This document shows, piece by piece, positions 28,601 through 38,248 of a stretch of DNA of 64,000 bases; position 1 is the stretch's first letter; the number at the start of each line of letters is the position of its first letter. Below the pieces are notes generated by a model, which was not told the DNA's origin, made no database searches, and saw only the letters and a list, made by a program, of their open reading frames with translations. The position numbers and the translations under genes are program-made. The DNA is from an uncultured Acidobacteriota bacterium (GTDB taxonomy: Bacteria > Acidobacteriota > UBA6911), in the NCBI GenBank assembly GCA_964441405.1, contig CAYTYP010000013.1:23779-87778 (forward strand). The letters are read 5' to 3'.

Positions 28601-30868
28601 ATGGGCAAGGATTATCGCTACATCGGCAAATCGGCGCCCCGGCGCGACGCGACGGAAATCGTTACCGGTTCCGTGCAATATCTGGATGACGTGAAGTTCC
28701 AGAACCTTGTCTATGGAAAGGCGCTGAGGAGCCCGTACGCTCACGCCAACATTAAAAAGATAGATAAGAGCAAGGCCGAAGCGCTGCCCGGCGTGTTGGC
28801 CGTGGTCGCCTGGGAAGACATCCCGGACTGGAGAGGCGGCACTCCGCGCATAGTTCGGGTGCTGGATAAAAAAGTCCGTTTTGTCGGCGATGCTGTCGCG
28901 CTGGTCGCCGCGACAACGGAGAAAATTGCAGAAGAGGCGTTGAGCCTTATTGAGGTCGAATACGAAGTTCTGCCTGCGGTGTTCAATATAGACGCCGCTC
29001 TCAAGCCGGATGCCCCTCTTCTTTACGAGGAATTAAAAAGCAACATCCTTCCGGGCGGAACGCCCATATATGGCCCGAATTGCCTTCAAGGCGTCGTGCA
29101 TGGAGATGTCGATAAAGGCTTTTCCGAAGCGGATGTGATTGCGGAGGGGACTTTCGGTTACGAGAATATTCCCAACGCCCTTCCTCCTGAATCGATAGGC
29201 GCTGTAGCCGTCTGGGAGCCGCCGGACAGGGCGACCATCTACGGAACCAGCCAGGCGCCCTACATGGACAAGGTTACGCTCTTTCACGTATTCAACCGTA
29301 AGTTTGAAATCCGCAGCATCGGACATCATGTCGGCGGCAGTTTTGGCACCAAATTTACCTGCTGGCAAGTCCAGGCCTATGCAATCATACTGGCGCGTGC
29401 GACGGGGCGGCCGGTTAAAATCATGTTTACAAAAGAAGAGCACATGGCCGCGTTCGCCTTGCGCATCGGATCCCGCATACACGCCAAGGTCGGGATAAAA
29501 AAAGACGGATCCATCACCGCAATCCAGGGCGCATGGCATGTGGACACCGGCAGCAATTCCTTTACCACGCAATGCCAGGTGGCGGTCGGGTCCGCCGAGC
29601 TTATGATCATGGCCCAGTGTCCCAACTGGGATTTGAAAAGCGCCATTGTAGCTACCAACAGAAACCCCTCGAGCGCCACAAGGGGATTTGGCGGGCAGGA
29701 ACTGGAATGTTCCTTCGTTCCTGTCTTGAATATGGCCATGGCAAAAGCCGAACTCGATCCGTTGGAAGTGTTCAAAAAGAACTTTGTCAAACCGGGCGGA
29801 GGATATTACTGGCGCGATGGCCTCTGGTATAACTACCGCGGAATTGATTTCACCAAAACCATGGATCGAGGAGCCGAGCGGTTCGGGTGGAAAGATAAAT
29901 GGAAAGGCTGGCTGACCCCGACATCGGTGGATGGTCCGAAACGGCGCGGAGTCGGGGTGGGCGTTCATGGCAATGCGGATATTGGCGAGGATGCAGCGGA
30001 AGCCTACGTGCAGCTTGGCTATAACGGGACTGCCACCATTTTTCTTTGCTTTTCAGAGCATGGGACCGGTCAGAAGTCGAACTACCCCAAATTAGTGGCC
30101 GAAGTGCTCCAGATGCCGCCGGAGCGCATTTCGATGTCTCCTGCCGATACGCTCGTAACTCCTTTCGAATTCGGCCCGGTCGGTTCCAGAGGGACGTACG
30201 CCATAGGAAGCGCGGTCATTAATGCCGCTGAAAATGCAAAAAAACAACTGCTTGAGATGGCGGCGCCCAAGCTCGGCGTGGCCCCCCAGGATCTTGATAC
30301 GGCGGATGGAGTTATTTTTGTAAAGGGAACTCCCGAAAAAGGAATGAAATGGAGAATGATGGGCAATGACAGGACCATTATGGGATATGGCCGGTTTGAG
30401 CCCGATTTCACCATGTGCAATTGCTTCATGAGCTTTGTTGAAGTTGAGGTGGATTCGGAAACCGGCAAGGTGACGCTGGTGCGCGTCGTGAATGCTACCG
30501 ATATAGGGCAGATAATCGATCCTGCAGGGCTCGACAACCAGCTCAACGGATGTTGGGGCTCCGCCGGAATCGACAGCGCGATTTTTGAAGAATCCATCGT
30601 AGACCGCCGGACCGGTCATCTGGTCAACGCCAACCTGATTGATTATAAATGGAGGACTTTCAGCGAATTGCCCACAGTGGACAACGTCGTGCTCGAAACG
30701 CCTTTCCCCAGCCATCGTTTCCATGCGATCGGCATTGGCGAAATTGTCACGGCGCCCGGTCCGTTTGCCGCGCTCATGGCAGTGTCCAACGCAGTCGGCA
30801 GCTGGTTGCATGAATATCCCGCAACCCCGGACAGGGTGCTCCAAGCTTTTTCCAGAAGAGTTTCATGA
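28601..30868 (+). CDS. molybdopterin-binding large subunit of xanthine dehydrogenase/aldehyde oxidase/CO dehydrogenase family
   Basis: 755 aa. YIGKSAPRRDATEIVTGSVQYLDD N-terminus and MoCo-domain motifs. Start is coupled to the small subunit. Confidence 0.85.
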   Translation: MGKDYRYIGKSAPRRDATEIVTGSVQYLDDVKFQNLVYGKALRSPYAHANIKKIDKSKAEALPGVLAVVAWEDIPDWRGGTPRIVRVLDKKVRFVGDAVALVAATTEKIAEEALSLIEVEYEVLPAVFNIDAALKPDAPLLYEELKSNILPGGTPIYGPNCLQGVVHGDVDKGFSEADVIAEGTFGYENIPNALPPESIGAVAVWEPPDRATIYGTSQAPYMDKVTLFHVFNRKFEIRSIGHHVGGSFGTKFTCWQVQAYAIILARATGRPVKIMFTKEEHMAAFALRIGSRIHAKVGIKKDGSITAIQGAWHVDTGSNSFTTQCQVAVGSAELMIMAQCPNWDLKSAIVATNRNPSSATRGFGGQELECSFVPVLNMAMAKAELDPLEVFKKNFVKPGGGYYWRDGLWYNYRGIDFTKTMDRGAERFGWKDKWKGWLTPTSVDGPKRRGVGVGVHGNADIGEDAAEAYVQLGYNGTATIFLCFSEHGTGQKSNYPKLVAEVLQMPPERISMSPADTLVTPFEFGPVGSRGTYAIGSAVINAAENAKKQLLEMAAPKLGVAPQDLDTADGVIFVKGTPEKGMKWRMMGNDRTIMGYGRFEPDFTMCNCFMSFVEVEVDSETGKVTLVRVVNATDIGQIIDPAGLDNQLNGCWGSAGIDSAIFEESIVDRRTGHLVNANLIDYKWRTFSELPTVDNVVLETPFPSHRFHAIGIGEIVTAPGPFAALMAVSNAVGSWLHEYPATPDRVLQAFSRRVS

Positions 30869-31941
30869 TGAAATCTTTCAAACATTACAGCGCCCGATCG
30901 CTCAAGGAAGCCGCCGCTCTTCTTGCGAAACACAATGGGAAAGCCAGGATAATTGCAGGCGGTACGGACTTGCTTGGCTTAATGAGAGATGGATGCGGTC
31001 CTGATTTTCCCGAAGCCTTGATCGATATAAAAACGATCAAAAATCTTAATTACATCAAGGTCGGCGTTCGCGGGGTCCGGATAGGCGCACTGACCAGACT
31101 GGCGGATATCGTCAAGTTTCCGGAGATCCGACAGGATTATCCGCTGCTATCCGAAGCGGCGCATTCGGTGGCCAGTCCCAACATCAGGAATATGGCTACG
31201 GTGGGGGGCAATCTCGCCCAGGATGTGCGTTGCTGGTACTATCGGTATCCACAACAAATCGGCGGCCCTATCGTCTGCCTGCGCAAGGGGGGAAAAATCT
31301 GCAGCGCCATCGCAGGCGACAACCGGTATCATTCCATTTTCGGCGCAGCGCCTGTCGCTGAACGCCACACAAGCATCGATAAGGAAGATGTTTCCGGTTC
31401 AAGCCCGATCGAAATTAAAACGGAAGCGCGCCGCCGCCTCAAATACGGATGCCTGGCCATAGGACCGTCCGATCTGGCGCTTGCTTTGGTCGCCCTGGAT
31501 GCGAGCGTAGTGACAAACAGAAGAACGCTTGGAGCGCAGGCCTTTTTTACGGCAAGTGCGACGAGTTCTACCGTCCTGGACAAGGACGAATTGATCAAGG
31601 AAATTCGAATTCCCAAACCCCCCAAGGGATCCCGCCAGAGCTATAAGAAATTCACATTGAGAAAGCCGGTTGATTTTGCTCTGGTAAGCGTGGCCGCCGT
31701 GATCACTTCTAAAAAAGGAGTATGCTCCGACGCGCGCATTGCGCTTGGAGCCGTTGCGCCCTCTCCCCTTCGGGCAAGCGCTGCGGAGGCGGCGATCAAG
31801 GGGATGCCGCTGGATGAAAATTGCGCCGCAGAGGCCGCACAACTGGCGCTTGCGGACGCCGCGCCTCTTTCCATGAACGCCTATAAAATTGAAATCGCCA
31901 GAACCTTGGTGAAAAGATCTATCCTGGGTCAATCAGGATAA
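30865..31941 (+). CDS. FAD-binding medium subunit of molybdenum hydroxylase (CoxM-like), extended
   Basis: ARIIAGGTDLL FAD-binding motif. 4-bp overlap with the large-subunit stop. About 70 aa longer than a typical medium subunit. Confidence 0.8.
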   Translation: MMKSFKHYSARSLKEAAALLAKHNGKARIIAGGTDLLGLMRDGCGPDFPEALIDIKTIKNLNYIKVGVRGVRIGALTRLADIVKFPEIRQDYPLLSEAAHSVASPNIRNMATVGGNLAQDVRCWYYRYPQQIGGPIVCLRKGGKICSAIAGDNRYHSIFGAAPVAERHTSIDKEDVSGSSPIEIKTEARRRLKYGCLAIGPSDLALALVALDASVVTNRRTLGAQAFFTASATSSTVLDKDELIKEIRIPKPPKGSRQSYKKFTLRKPVDFALVSVAAVITSKKGVCSDARIALGAVAPSPLRASAAEAAIKGMPLDENCAAEAAQLALADAAPLSMNAYKIEIARTLVKRSILGQSG

Positions 31942-31977
31942 AATAAGGCAGCGTCCCCTATTTAGGAGGAGAAGAGC

Positions 31978-34392
31978 ATGGATGCCTATCGGCCTTGGAC
32001 ATGGAAAATACCGGAAAATTTCGAGAAGGACCGGCGCAGGATTTCACGTCAGGACGCGCATGAACGCGTAAGTGGAAAGGCTGTTTTTACCAGGGACGTT
32101 TGCCTGCCCGGCATGCTTTACGCCAAAATCCTGACTTCTCCCTACGCTCACGCAAAAATTACCGGCATCGATACAAGCCAAGCGCAGGCGCTTCCGGGCG
32201 TGAGAGACATACTCCGATTCGACGACTCCGATATATCCCACGATACAGGCATCGGCGCCTGGTACGAGGCTTCCGGCAATTACAATATTCTTACGCTTCC
32301 CGGAACCAGCGATTTTTTTCAGCATCCGATGGGAGTCGCGGTGGTCGCCGATAGCGATGAAATCTGCGATCAAGCGCTGAGGCGGATGGAAATAACATGG
32401 GAAGAACGGCCGTTCGTTCTCGATATGGAAGAATCCGTCAAGCCGAACGCCGTCAAAATCATGTCGGAAGTGCAGCGAGTCAACGCCAAAGCCAGAGAGC
32501 CCAATACCGTTGTGGCGGACGCCGTGGAATATGGCGATATTGAAAAAGGCTTTGCCGAAGCCGATAAAGTGATCGAATACAAGATAACCCGGCAGGTGAA
32601 TTCAGCCGCCGGCGTCGAACCGGCTGTTTGCGTCGCGCAATGGCGCAACGATTTTCTGGATCTCTGGATCCATCACCAGGACATTCCGCAGTGGTTTTTG
32701 ATCTACCCTCAGGATTCAAGAGGAAAGCATATCCCCGCTCTTGCCGATTGGGCCAAGATCACGGTAACGATGCCTTATCAAGGTTCCTATTACGGCGGGT
32801 TTTCCTGGCTTGCCTATTCCTGCTGTTTTACCCGCCTCGCCGTCATACTCGCCCGAAGGGCGGATGGCCGCCCCGTCAAACTGACTTATGATGAGAGCAA
32901 CCATTATGTCCTTGGGGATGACGCCGGGACCTATCAATGCAAAGTGGGCGCCAGGAAGGACGGGACCATTACCGCTTTCCATTGGCATATGGTTGGCGTC
33001 AGAAATCCCGCAGTCGAAAAAACCTATGAAGGCACCCAAATACCCAATATCCGGGGCAGCCATGAATGGGGGCTGGTCAATAAAGGGCATTTGATATGTA
33101 TCCGGCACGGTTCGCATTGCACGGTTCCGCACGCCGTGATGTTCGATCGCGTCGCCGCGGAATTCGGATTGGATCCCACAGACGTCGCGCTGAAGAACGA
33201 CGGCTGCAGGGGACATGACTGGGACTGGGTCACGCGCTACCAGAAGGAAAACGGATTCCCTCAGCGATGGAGCCTGAAAGAAGTCATAGACAAAGGAAAG
33301 GAAGCGATCCATTGGGATAAGAAATGGCATCCACCCGGAACGAAGAAGCTGGCGAACGGTAAAATGCACGGTTTGGGCTTCATGCAAATTAATGAATGGA
33401 CCTGGCAAGCGCCGGCTCCCGCGATGACATTCGCGTGCTTATCTCTCCGCAACGGCATTGCCTCGATCATTGGAGTGCGCAGCGATCTTGGAGTGGATTC
33501 GGAATCCGGAGCGCGCCATGTCGTTGCATCGGAAATCGGTTTGAAGTATGAAGACACGGTCGTTCATGAGCGCCAGGTAGCGACGAGCCAATTCTATATG
33601 TGGCAGCCGGGCGGATCCTTCTCAACGCCCTATATGACCACTCAGCTGATTATGGCCGCGAAAGAAATCAGAAAGAAAATACTGGAGTACGCTGTAAAGC
33701 AGACTCCGGCTTACAACTCAAGCCATTTTATGAAAACCGAACAACCCCCTGCTTTCCCGGGGAAAAAGCCTGAAGACCTGGACATTAAAGACAGTATGGT
33801 TTTTGAGAAGGCCGATCCCGGCAACCGGAAAAGCGTGCGGGAAGTAGCCGACATATTCTGGGATGTCGATCCCGCAATTTCGCATCCTGTCGTCGGCACA
33901 GCCAACAGCATGACTATGGATGGGAAACCGGACGCCAACCAGTATGTCATGGGCAGGCAAGCGCATTTTATTGAAGTTGAAGTGGACGCCGAAACCGGCA
34001 TGGTGGATGTGACGGATGTTGTTTGCGTTAATGACGTAGGCCATCTGTTTAATCCGGAAGGCGCCGCCGCCCAGCAGTATGGAGGCGCCATCATGGGCTT
34101 GGGCAGGAGCGGCTCCGAGGAACATGTCTGGTGTCCTCGCACCGGAGTGGCTTTGAATTTCGATCTCATCAATTATCATATAGGCACGATGAACGATTAT
34201 CCTGTAGTTCAGTGTCGGATTAACGAGAGCCATTTGGGCTACGCCGCTTTTGGCGCGTACGGGATAGGAGAAAATCCCGGCGCCGCTCTGTCGGGAATTA
34301 CGGCGTCTGCAATATTCAATGCGACGGGAAAATGGGTGCTGGATTACCCCACGACTCCGGATAGAGTTCTTAAGGCTCTGGGCAAGATATAG
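31978..34392 (+). CDS. second molybdopterin-binding large-subunit paralog (aldehyde oxidase/xanthine dehydrogenase family)
   Basis: 804 aa. RPWTWKIPE...RQDAHERVSGKAVFTRD...PGMLYAKILTSPYAHAKI N-terminus. Paralogous to 39923-42382. Confidence 0.8.
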   Translation: MDAYRPWTWKIPENFEKDRRRISRQDAHERVSGKAVFTRDVCLPGMLYAKILTSPYAHAKITGIDTSQAQALPGVRDILRFDDSDISHDTGIGAWYEASGNYNILTLPGTSDFFQHPMGVAVVADSDEICDQALRRMEITWEERPFVLDMEESVKPNAVKIMSEVQRVNAKAREPNTVVADAVEYGDIEKGFAEADKVIEYKITRQVNSAAGVEPAVCVAQWRNDFLDLWIHHQDIPQWFLIYPQDSRGKHIPALADWAKITVTMPYQGSYYGGFSWLAYSCCFTRLAVILARRADGRPVKLTYDESNHYVLGDDAGTYQCKVGARKDGTITAFHWHMVGVRNPAVEKTYEGTQIPNIRGSHEWGLVNKGHLICIRHGSHCTVPHAVMFDRVAAEFGLDPTDVALKNDGCRGHDWDWVTRYQKENGFPQRWSLKEVIDKGKEAIHWDKKWHPPGTKKLANGKMHGLGFMQINEWTWQAPAPAMTFACLSLRNGIASIIGVRSDLGVDSESGARHVVASEIGLKYEDTVVHERQVATSQFYMWQPGGSFSTPYMTTQLIMAAKEIRKKILEYAVKQTPAYNSSHFMKTEQPPAFPGKKPEDLDIKDSMVFEKADPGNRKSVREVADIFWDVDPAISHPVVGTANSMTMDGKPDANQYVMGRQAHFIEVEVDAETGMVDVTDVVCVNDVGHLFNPEGAAAQQYGGAIMGLGRSGSEEHVWCPRTGVALNFDLINYHIGTMNDYPVVQCRINESHLGYAAFGAYGIGENPGAALSGITASAIFNATGKWVLDYPTTPDRVLKALGKI

Positions 34393-34398
34393 AAAAAA

Positions 34399-34451
34399 AC
34401 GCCACGGATTACACTGATGTTAAAGCCTCTTTTGATCCGTGGAATCCGTAA
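34399..34451. terminator. palindrome of the CCACGGATT family downstream of the MoCo paralog
   Basis: ACGCCACGGATTAC...GATCCGTGGAATCCGTAAT with alternative pairings. Confidence 0.4.
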
Positions 34452-34542
34452 TACAAACATGTAGGTTTTTGTTTTTCCAATTTGTTCCAATCCATGATAA
34501 ACAATAGGACGCACAGGCTTCCCACAAATAAAGGAAATTAGA

Positions 34543-35862
34543 ATGAACGACAAATTGACTGCGGAGCAGAAGCGGGAAAACAGATTTCAACAGTGGTTGA
34601 ACCCGAGAGGCGTTGCATTCAATAACGCACAGGCGAAAAATGCATATCAGGACCGGGTCCGGCGTTTTATCCAAGTTATTAAACTCGAAAAACCGGATCG
34701 CGTGCCCGTCATTCTGCCGGCCGGATCGTTTCCCCTTTACTACGCCGGCATGACATTGAAAGAGGCCATGCAGGACAATGAACGGACCTGCCAGGCGTAC
34801 CGGAAATTCATGGCCGAATTTGAATCCGACACGATCAGCAGCCCCATGATGACGCCTTGCGGAAAAGCTTCCGAAATAGTCAACAGTTTGATGTTGAAGT
34901 GGCCCGGGCATGGATTGCCGGACGATACCTCGATGGTCCAATTCGTTGAAGGCGAGTATATGAAAGCGGATGAGTACGATCATTTTATCGAGGATCTCTC
35001 CGATTTCATCCTTCGCCGCTACCTTCCCCGCAGCCTTGGGGCGCTTGCTCCTTTCGCGGATTTCTCGCCCACTCCATTCGTTCTTGGAATGGCGAACAGG
35101 TTCCTGGGCCCGGCCGTTATGCCGCAAGTCCAGGCGGCGTACAAGGCTATTATTGATTACGGCGTGGAAACAGCGAAGTGGCAGGGGCCGATGATGAAGT
35201 TCCACTTTGAGGCGACTGCCGCAGGATATCCGTCATTTTTCGGAGGCCAGGCTCATGCCCCGTTCGACATACTCGCGGACACTTTGCGCGGAACCAAGGG
35301 CGTCATCCTGGATATGTATCGCCAGCCGGAAAAACTTCTGCAAGCCATCAGGAAAGTGACTCCCATGAATATTGCTTGCGGCCTCGAAGGCGTCAACATG
35401 ACCGGCACGCCCATCGTGTTTTTCGCCCTGCATAAAGGGGACGACACTTTCATGTCCAATGCGCAATATGAAAAATTCTATTGGCCGACGTTCCGGGAAG
35501 TCATTCTTGGATTGATTGAAGACGGAGCCACGCCTCTGCTGTTTGCGGAAGGGAGATATGACAACCGCCTGGAGATCATCAAGGACCTGCCGAAAGGCAA
35601 AGTGATCTGGCACTTCGACAGGACGGATATGTTCCGGGCCAAGAAGATTCTGGGCGACAACGCCTGCATCGCCGGGAACGTTCCCGCTTCATTGCTGTGC
35701 ACAGGCACTCCCAAGGAGGTCAAGGAATATTGCCGTAAGTTGATTGAGGTTTGCGGCGAAGGCGGAGGATTCATCCTGACCGGCGGCGCCAGCATCGACA
35801 AAGGCGATCCGAACGCCCTGCGCGCCATGACCGAAGCCGTCATGGAATACAGCGCACGTTAG
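34543..35862 (+). CDS. uroporphyrinogen-decarboxylase (URO-D) family protein (methyltransferase-like)
   Basis: 439-aa ORF with a URO-D-like fold signature. Tentative. Confidence 0.5.
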   Translation: MNDKLTAEQKRENRFQQWLNPRGVAFNNAQAKNAYQDRVRRFIQVIKLEKPDRVPVILPAGSFPLYYAGMTLKEAMQDNERTCQAYRKFMAEFESDTISSPMMTPCGKASEIVNSLMLKWPGHGLPDDTSMVQFVEGEYMKADEYDHFIEDLSDFILRRYLPRSLGALAPFADFSPTPFVLGMANRFLGPAVMPQVQAAYKAIIDYGVETAKWQGPMMKFHFEATAAGYPSFFGGQAHAPFDILADTLRGTKGVILDMYRQPEKLLQAIRKVTPMNIACGLEGVNMTGTPIVFFALHKGDDTFMSNAQYEKFYWPTFREVILGLIEDGATPLLFAEGRYDNRLEIIKDLPKGKVIWHFDRTDMFRAKKILGDNACIAGNVPASLLCTGTPKEVKEYCRKLIEVCGEGGGFILTGGASIDKGDPNALRAMTEAVMEYSAR

Positions 35863-35903
35863 CCAGATCATCGTTTTATCTTTTCAGTCGCAAGGAGGTT
35901 TCC

Positions 35904-36287
35904 ATGGTCGATGATAAGAAGACGGTGCTGTTGGTGGATGACGATGAAGACATGCTGGAGCAGACCCGCATCGTTGTTGAACAAGAGTATAGAGTAGAGT
36001 TCGCTCACAGCGGAGAAGAAGCTCTCGAAAAGCTCGGTAAAAATCATTACGACTGTATCGTGATGGATGTCATGATGAAGACGCTGAGCGACGGGCTCGA
36101 TACGGCAAAAAAAATTAAAGAAAATCCTGCAACGCAAGCAATTCCGATCATTCTATTGACCGGCGTCAACCAACACTTCGATTATCGCTCCCAGATTGAC
36201 GGAGACTTTTTCCCCAAGGATAGCTGGTTCAGCAAGCCGGTAGATCCGAAAAGGCTCATGGAAGAAATCAGAAAACAGGTTCAATAA
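35904..36287 (+). CDS. single-domain response regulator (CheY-like receiver)
   Basis: VLLVDDDEDM...DCIVMDVMM...LLTGV receiver motifs. AAGGAGG RBS before the ATG at 35904. Confidence 0.8.
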   Translation: MVDDKKTVLLVDDDEDMLEQTRIVVEQEYRVEFAHSGEEALEKLGKNHYDCIVMDVMMKTLSDGLDTAKKIKENPATQAIPIILLTGVNQHFDYRSQIDGDFFPKDSWFSKPVDPKRLMEEIRKQVQ

Positions 36288-36303
36288 AGTCAAGAAAGCG
36301 CGC

Positions 36304-38178
36304 ATGGATATTTGCCAGAAAGTGCTTTTTGTTGATGCAGGAACGTCTTATTACCGGATCAATCGATACAAGCTGGGTGATTTTTTTGGTCCTGTAGATC
36401 TTGGACTGCACCTGGCGGGAAAATACGACGGGCTCAATATTGGCATCGGTTTATTGGCCGGCTCCATTTTCCCCGGTTCCAACCGGCTCATCTTTACCGG
36501 TTTTTCTCCCTGCTGGGGAGGGTTTTATATCTCCTCTATGGGAGGCGCAGGCCTGATCTTTGAACAATTGGGCATTAATATGCTCTCGCTGGTGGGCAAG
36601 GCTCCGGCGCCATCCCTGCTTTATTTAAACCGCGTCCATGGAGAGGAAATTGAGGTTGAGATTTGCCCCATTGAGCTCAATGACATTTGGAAGTCCGGGC
36701 GTAAAGGCGTCTATAGCTTGATGGATTATGTTCTGGAGCGCTATGGCGAGCGCTACGCAACCGACCCCCGGATCCTCGCGACCGGACCGGCGGCTGCGGC
36801 GACCGATTTTGGCGCTATAGGCTCGGCGCCCATTTCCAACAACAAGCTTACTTATGTGGACACCTGGGCCGGCCGGGGCGGTTTTGGAACCAAGCTTCTG
36901 CAAAAACATGGGATTGCGGCAATCATTTATGGCGGAACCCATATCGACGAAGATTTTAAAGACAGGAAAGTCGCCGACAGCTGGTTTGAAGAACGATATC
37001 AACAGAAGATGGCTGCCAAGGACATTGAAGCTACCGCAAAATACAGGTTCGAACCTAAATTCGAAACGGGCGGAACGCTCGGCGTCAATTTTGCAACATT
37101 AGGCGGAAACCTGCTGTCTTTTAATTACACCAGCATCTTTCAAGAGGAAAGTGAGCGCCTGGAGCTGCACAAGCGCTTTATCGTCGAGCATTACCTGAAG
37201 CAATTTAACGATGAAACAATAAAAACCAAGCAGCAAAAAACCTGCGGCGAGCCCTGCGTTGCAGTCTGCAAAAAAAACAATGGCGAGTATAAGAAGGATT
37301 TTGAGCCCTACCAGGCGATGGGGCCATTAGCCGGCATCTTTGATCAGCGCGCCGCGGAGAAACTAAATCATCACGCCGATGCTTATGGATTTGACGCCAT
37401 CTCGGTGGGCGGAGTCCTTTCCTGGTTGATGGAATGCCTCTCCCGCAAAATTCTGACGCCGGCGGAATTGGGCGTATCCCGCACACCGCATTTTTCAGCC
37501 AAGGATTTTGATGTGACGGCCACTTCCATGCTTAACGCCGAGGTGGGAATTGAACTTCTGGATTCCATTATCTACAAGCGTGGGTTTATGAACCTGGAAG
37601 AAGGCGCGCGTAAGTTCGCCCGCAAGCTGGCAAGGGACAAAGGAGACGAGGTCCTCAATTCTTTCGTCTACACAGCTTATGCCCGGAAGGGATGGATGAC
37701 GCCCAACCAGTATTGGACCCCCGGAGTGCTTTCGCCCATGGTGATCATGGGGAAATATTATATGCATTATGGCGACGAATTTATCCCTCCCAGGGAACTG
37801 GGCAGAAAAAACGCCGCCCGGTTTAAAGGCGAATTGATACTCGACAACATGGGGATGTGCCGCTTTCACAGGAAATGGGCGGAGGAGATGATTCCCGATA
37901 TTATCGAATCGCTGTTTGGACTAAAAGAAAGTTATCTGCAAAACATTGCCATGACGGCAAGCCGTATCAACAGCCGCAATTCCTCCGTTTTTTGGGAAAG
38001 CGAACGCAACATGGATTTTGTCCGCACATTCCTGGAACGGGAGAAGAGGATAAAAAATACTCAGAACCCGGAACTGGACAAGTGGATGGATCTTTTCAGG
38101 AAAGACAAAAAGGAAGCGGCCCTAAGCTACTGGTATGAAATCCATAAAGGCGTTCAGGAATCGTTAAGGGAATTTTAA
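36304..38178 (+). CDS. divergent aldehyde:ferredoxin oxidoreductase (AOR) family protein
   Basis: AOR-like N-terminal domain (KVLFVDAGTSYYRINRY, GFSPCWGGFYISSMGGAGLIFEQLG), a CGEPCVAVC Cys cluster and a DNMGMC pterin-binding-type motif. Confidence 0.6.
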   Translation: MDICQKVLFVDAGTSYYRINRYKLGDFFGPVDLGLHLAGKYDGLNIGIGLLAGSIFPGSNRLIFTGFSPCWGGFYISSMGGAGLIFEQLGINMLSLVGKAPAPSLLYLNRVHGEEIEVEICPIELNDIWKSGRKGVYSLMDYVLERYGERYATDPRILATGPAAAATDFGAIGSAPISNNKLTYVDTWAGRGGFGTKLLQKHGIAAIIYGGTHIDEDFKDRKVADSWFEERYQQKMAAKDIEATAKYRFEPKFETGGTLGVNFATLGGNLLSFNYTSIFQEESERLELHKRFIVEHYLKQFNDETIKTKQQKTCGEPCVAVCKKNNGEYKKDFEPYQAMGPLAGIFDQRAAEKLNHHADAYGFDAISVGGVLSWLMECLSRKILTPAELGVSRTPHFSAKDFDVTATSMLNAEVGIELLDSIIYKRGFMNLEEGARKFARKLARDKGDEVLNSFVYTAYARKGWMTPNQYWTPGVLSPMVIMGKYYMHYGDEFIPPRELGRKNAARFKGELILDNMGMCRFHRKWAEEMIPDIIESLFGLKESYLQNIAMTASRINSRNSSVFWESERNMDFVRTFLEREKRIKNTQNPELDKWMDLFRKDKKEAALSYWYEIHKGVQESLREF

Positions 38179-38248
38179 TTGATCCACTTGCCCCGGAAGA
38201 CTTAGGTATATAATGCCTTATCGTCAAACCAAGCCAGGAGGCATCCCT

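Noticed and set aside
29033-30844. Minus-strand ORFs of 311 and 250 aa
   Set aside because: Antisense to the MoCo large-subunit gene.
32716-35205. Minus-strand ORFs of 230, 171, 153 and 261 aa
   Set aside because: Antisense to the MoCo paralog and URO-D-family genes.
35751-35903. Arg-rich N-terminal extension of the response regulator
   Set aside because: The extension overlaps the 3' end of the upstream gene in another frame. ATG 35904 has an AAGGAGG RBS and starts the receiver fold.
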